A stretch of 64,000 nt of DNA from Azolla caroliniana (lineage: Eukaryota; Plantae; Polypodiophyta): NCBI GenBank assembly GCA_043228905.1, contig JBHGNT010000005.1, positions 2,046,001 to 2,110,000 on the forward strand. The letters run 5' to 3'. Both the position numbers and the translations under genes were made by a program. Below, one piece after another: positions 60,509 to 64,000 of the stretch. How positions within the stretch are numbered: position 1 is the stretch's first letter; each line of letters opens with the position of its first letter. The notes under the pieces were generated by a model. The model saw nothing but the letters and a program-made list of their open reading frames with translations. It did not search any database and was not told where the DNA came from.

Positions 60509-63500
60509 CAAGAGAGGTGTGCCTTTTTAAGAAGGAAAAAAGAGAGAAGAGTTTGTTTTTAGATGAGTGATGAATCTAGTTCCAAAGTAGGGAGATAAAT
60601 GAGACTAGACTTCGCCAAACAAGTAGGATAGTGGGAAATTCCCTAATGTATTTGGGAAATCCCGAATCAATTTCAGGTGACCCATAATTTGAAATGTTAA
60701 AAAAAACTTCGACTAAATTTAGGTGAAAGATTTTGCTTGTGCATGAATTGCGCTCCATTCGGAAGGTTTTAAAGAAACCTTTTTTTTTGTGTGGGAGCCC
60801 CTGGATTTGAGAGAGAGAGAGAGAGCCAAAACAAAACTGAATGATGGATGATTTGATGGATTGATTTGTTCATAATGATTGGGTTGACTAAAGCGAAAAA
60901 CAAAAGCAAGTATTTGTGTACAAGAGTGGAGGAGCAACATTATGTTGTATATATGTATGTATGTATGTATGTGTGTATATGTTCGTACATAAATAAATAT
61001 ACGCATGGTGTATATGTATATGTATATTAATTTAATTGTGTGGGCAAGAGAGAGAGAGAGTAGGTACTAGACTCTAGACTCGTGATTGAGGAGTTGGACA
61101 TTACACATTCATAGAATTGTTTTATGTGGAAGGACACAAGCTCTTCCTAATGATTGGATCATTTATTACACATAATATATATTATATATACACACACATA
61201 TATGTATGTTCGTAAAACCTAACCTTTTCAAAACGCTTTCTCTATATCTATTATCAACATTTTTACGCACACCATGTTGCTTGCTTGTGTTTTTTCACCT
61301 TTGTTATCCCCCAAGTAAAAAAGCTAGATGTTTTCTGAAGTGCTTTACAAAATTTTCTCAATAAGGTTTATATATAAAGTCATAAAGTGACAAGTTGCCA
61401 ACATCCTTCTCATAAGCCTTTGCTTTCTGGGGCCTTTCATCATTCTTCCTCTTTATTGGAGCATGGGACCCCAACCCCTTTTCCCAATGCTTCATAAACT
61501 CATGACACCTATCACCTCTGGTTGCGTTAGTATTTACTGGCTTGCCAATGTTGACACACAAATATTACCTTGTCCCGCACATCCCAAAAATGGCTACTTC
61601 ATGTTTGACACAATCTAGTCCTCCACTTGCCATATTGCATTCCTGACCTATATACAAGAGCCTCCATGTGTTACTATGACATTGCACATGCCAAATCTTT
61701 GGCATATTCTCTTTGCTTGTTTGCCATAGAATACATCAAATTACTCCTTCAAAGTCACAATTATTCCAACATTGATAATTTTGTCGTTTTCTCATGAAGC
61801 AATCGATGTTTTACTCGACAAAACAAAAAGTTGTCAAGTAGTTGCCTTCAGTAATGTTTTATGTTGGAGGAAAGGGAGTAAACTCTCATCCATAGTGAGA
61901 ATCTAGAATCTTATCTTGGAAAGTTTATCAATAACTTATGTAATGCATCAAATTCATAACGTCAATTTTCCACACTTGATTTGGTGTTTGATGCATCAAG
62001 GTAAGGATTTCAAGAGTAGAGTATGCAAGGAAGCAATCTACTATCTACTATCTTATGAGTGAGACAACATATCCAACTTGAATGTAAATTTGTCATAATG
62101 CAATAATTTAAGCCCCAATAAAGTTGTAAGTTTAAAATAATAGAATTTAGACCATTGCATCAATTAGATTGCAAAATTGAACCCTTTTTACCTAGGACAA
62201 ATGTAACTACAACAAGAGTCCTCATTGGCTCAATATAGTTATCAAGATGATTATTGAGGGATTAAATTATGGTAACATAATCCAAACTTACTTGGCAAGT
62301 TATAATTTAATTTGCTAAACTTGATCAGAAGTCAAGGCCAAAATGATGTGTATCCAAGTTAATGATTGTTATCGTACATTGTTGCATTCAAGTAAACAAC
62401 ATGGTTAAAGACTTAATTAAGAACTTCATTCCCAAATGAAGTATCTCTTCACTAGCAAAAATAATTGATGTGAATAGAATCACATAATCAAGGTGACAAA
62501 TGTGCATAAGGAGCGAAATGGTATGGTTATGCAAATTCAATGTCAATTTTGACTACAAAAGGCATGAAACTTGATTTTTTTTCGTTAACATCAGCAAAGA
62601 ATCACCTAGTAGGTACTTCCTAATTTCAACTGAATGTTGCTCCCTATCATATCAATACATAGCATCTGACCTTACTTTGGAAATAAATTTAAGCCAATAA
62701 ATCCTGTGTTGTAGAGTCCTCTGACTAAGATTTATAATGACAGGGCTTATTGTAGGGTTTTGGTAACATCTACCTCAAACATTTAGCCACTCCCTAGCTT
62801 CTAGAATTATCTAGATTTCTTGGCCCAAATTTGTGTTCAAATTTAGAGTGTTCAATCATTGTTAATTGTTAAGTGTTAGTATCAGTATGGAGATTGCAAT
62901 GAAGGATAGAATTGATGTTACAACTTACCGTTTATACGAGGGCTATTTCCAACACTACACCTCGTTGAATTGTTCTATAATTTATTGATTTTTTTCCTTC
63001 TCTCTCTTCCCCTTCCACGTGTAATAATTCTTGTGGTGTATTGATTTGTTCTATATCCTTCATAATGATTTTATTGGCTTGTTTGTTCGTCCTCATCCAT
63101 GTGATTTATACAATTTATTAATCATCTCCTCTATTTTTTTTATTGATTCTTAGTGTAGGATGCGTGGAATGCTAATGACTCTAGCTTTTTTCGTTAATGC
63201 GTTAACATGGAAACACACACTTGTGTTATTGTAATGGATGATACTACAAGTGGGCACATGATATTCTCCTATTATAAACTAAACATGTTTAATAAAGAGA
63301 GCATAAAAATGCTATGGGTATTATGGCAAATATAGTGAGCATGCAAAGACAATGATAGTGACTTTGAGAATGGATGAGTGATGGGTTTCCTATAATGGAC
63401 CTCATCACAAGGCAAATGCACACGCATAAACATTCATTCACGGAAGCATATATGATATGCATGTGCACAGACACACACATAGAAGCATGCACTTTCATCC

Positions 63501-63780
63501 AAAATCCCAGGCAAATGAAAAAATATGTGACATATATTGGGTATTCGGCCTTTGAATATGTTATGTATATGGTGGTTATTTTGTAATCCCTTTCTATTGA
63601 ACTCATGTGCTATCACGTGACTTTCATGACCTACCCATTAAGCTAGTTTTGGAAGATACATGAGACGATAAACTTGCCATATGGATAAGGCAAGCTCACT
63701 ATAAGAGGCCCCCACTAAACTCAATCTACAATTGCATAGGAGACATCAAATAATTTTATGAATGCCTTTTAAAGGGGTAA

Positions 63781-63920
63781 ACAATTGGGGCCCACATCCT
63801 TGATAATCTATAGGATAAGTACATTTTACTCCATCTCATTGATGTTGTTGGAAGCAATTGGGGTCCAAATCCTCGATACTTACTGAATAAGTACATTTTA
63901 CTCTAGCTCGCTGATGTTGT
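63781..63920. repeat. Imperfect tandem duplication, ~2 x 74 bp
   Basis: CAATTGGGG(C/T)CCA(C/A)ATCCT...ATAAGTACATTTTACTC...TGATGTTGT occurs twice. Confidence 0.7.
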
Positions 63921-64000
63921 AATCTTGGGTAATGACATTGATTGAAGTTTAAATTACCTTTTTGTACTTTTTTCAAAACATAGGGGTTGTGTTTAAAAGT

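Noticed and set aside
61340-62900. Possible decayed DNA-transposon (MULE/hAT) transposase on the minus strand
   Set aside because: Only short coding-like patches; no catalytic motif or TIR could be identified by eye.

Overview
Eukaryotic land-plant nuclear DNA with spliceosomal GT-AG introns, PPR/YUCCA/XS/TRM gene families and Ty1/copia and LINE retroelements. A fern-like, microsatellite-rich genome is my guess and cannot be established from the sequence. There are three apparently intact host genes: an XS-domain protein with a long Arg/Ser/Pro-rich N-terminus (7421-11897,+), an RRP7-like rRNA-processing protein (16947-13884,-) and a YUCCA flavin monooxygenase with an unusual poly-Ser/(His-Asp)n N-terminal extension (54672-52186,-). 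Degraded genes are a PPR fragment split by a retrotransposon, a TRM/LONGIFOLIA-like (DUF4378) pseudogene and an unidentified spliced relic. The first 39 kb is a nest of retroelements: an old L1 carrying three insertions of one copia family; three solo LTRs with 5-bp TSDs; a young full-length copia (30952-36364) inside an older copia (28330-39284); and a near-intact RTE/RTEX-like LINE (22756-26169) inside the 5' LTR of a third, truncated copia whose broken end is tandemly triplicated. I found no prokaryote-type system, CRISPR array or clearly new multi-gene system. The best leads are the LTR-LINE in-frame fusion ORF, GTCA/TGAC inverted repeats at or near the TATA boxes of three copia families, the YUCCA and XS N-terminal extensions, the (GATA)n-tailed LINE family, and a tandem trimer of tRNA-like units.
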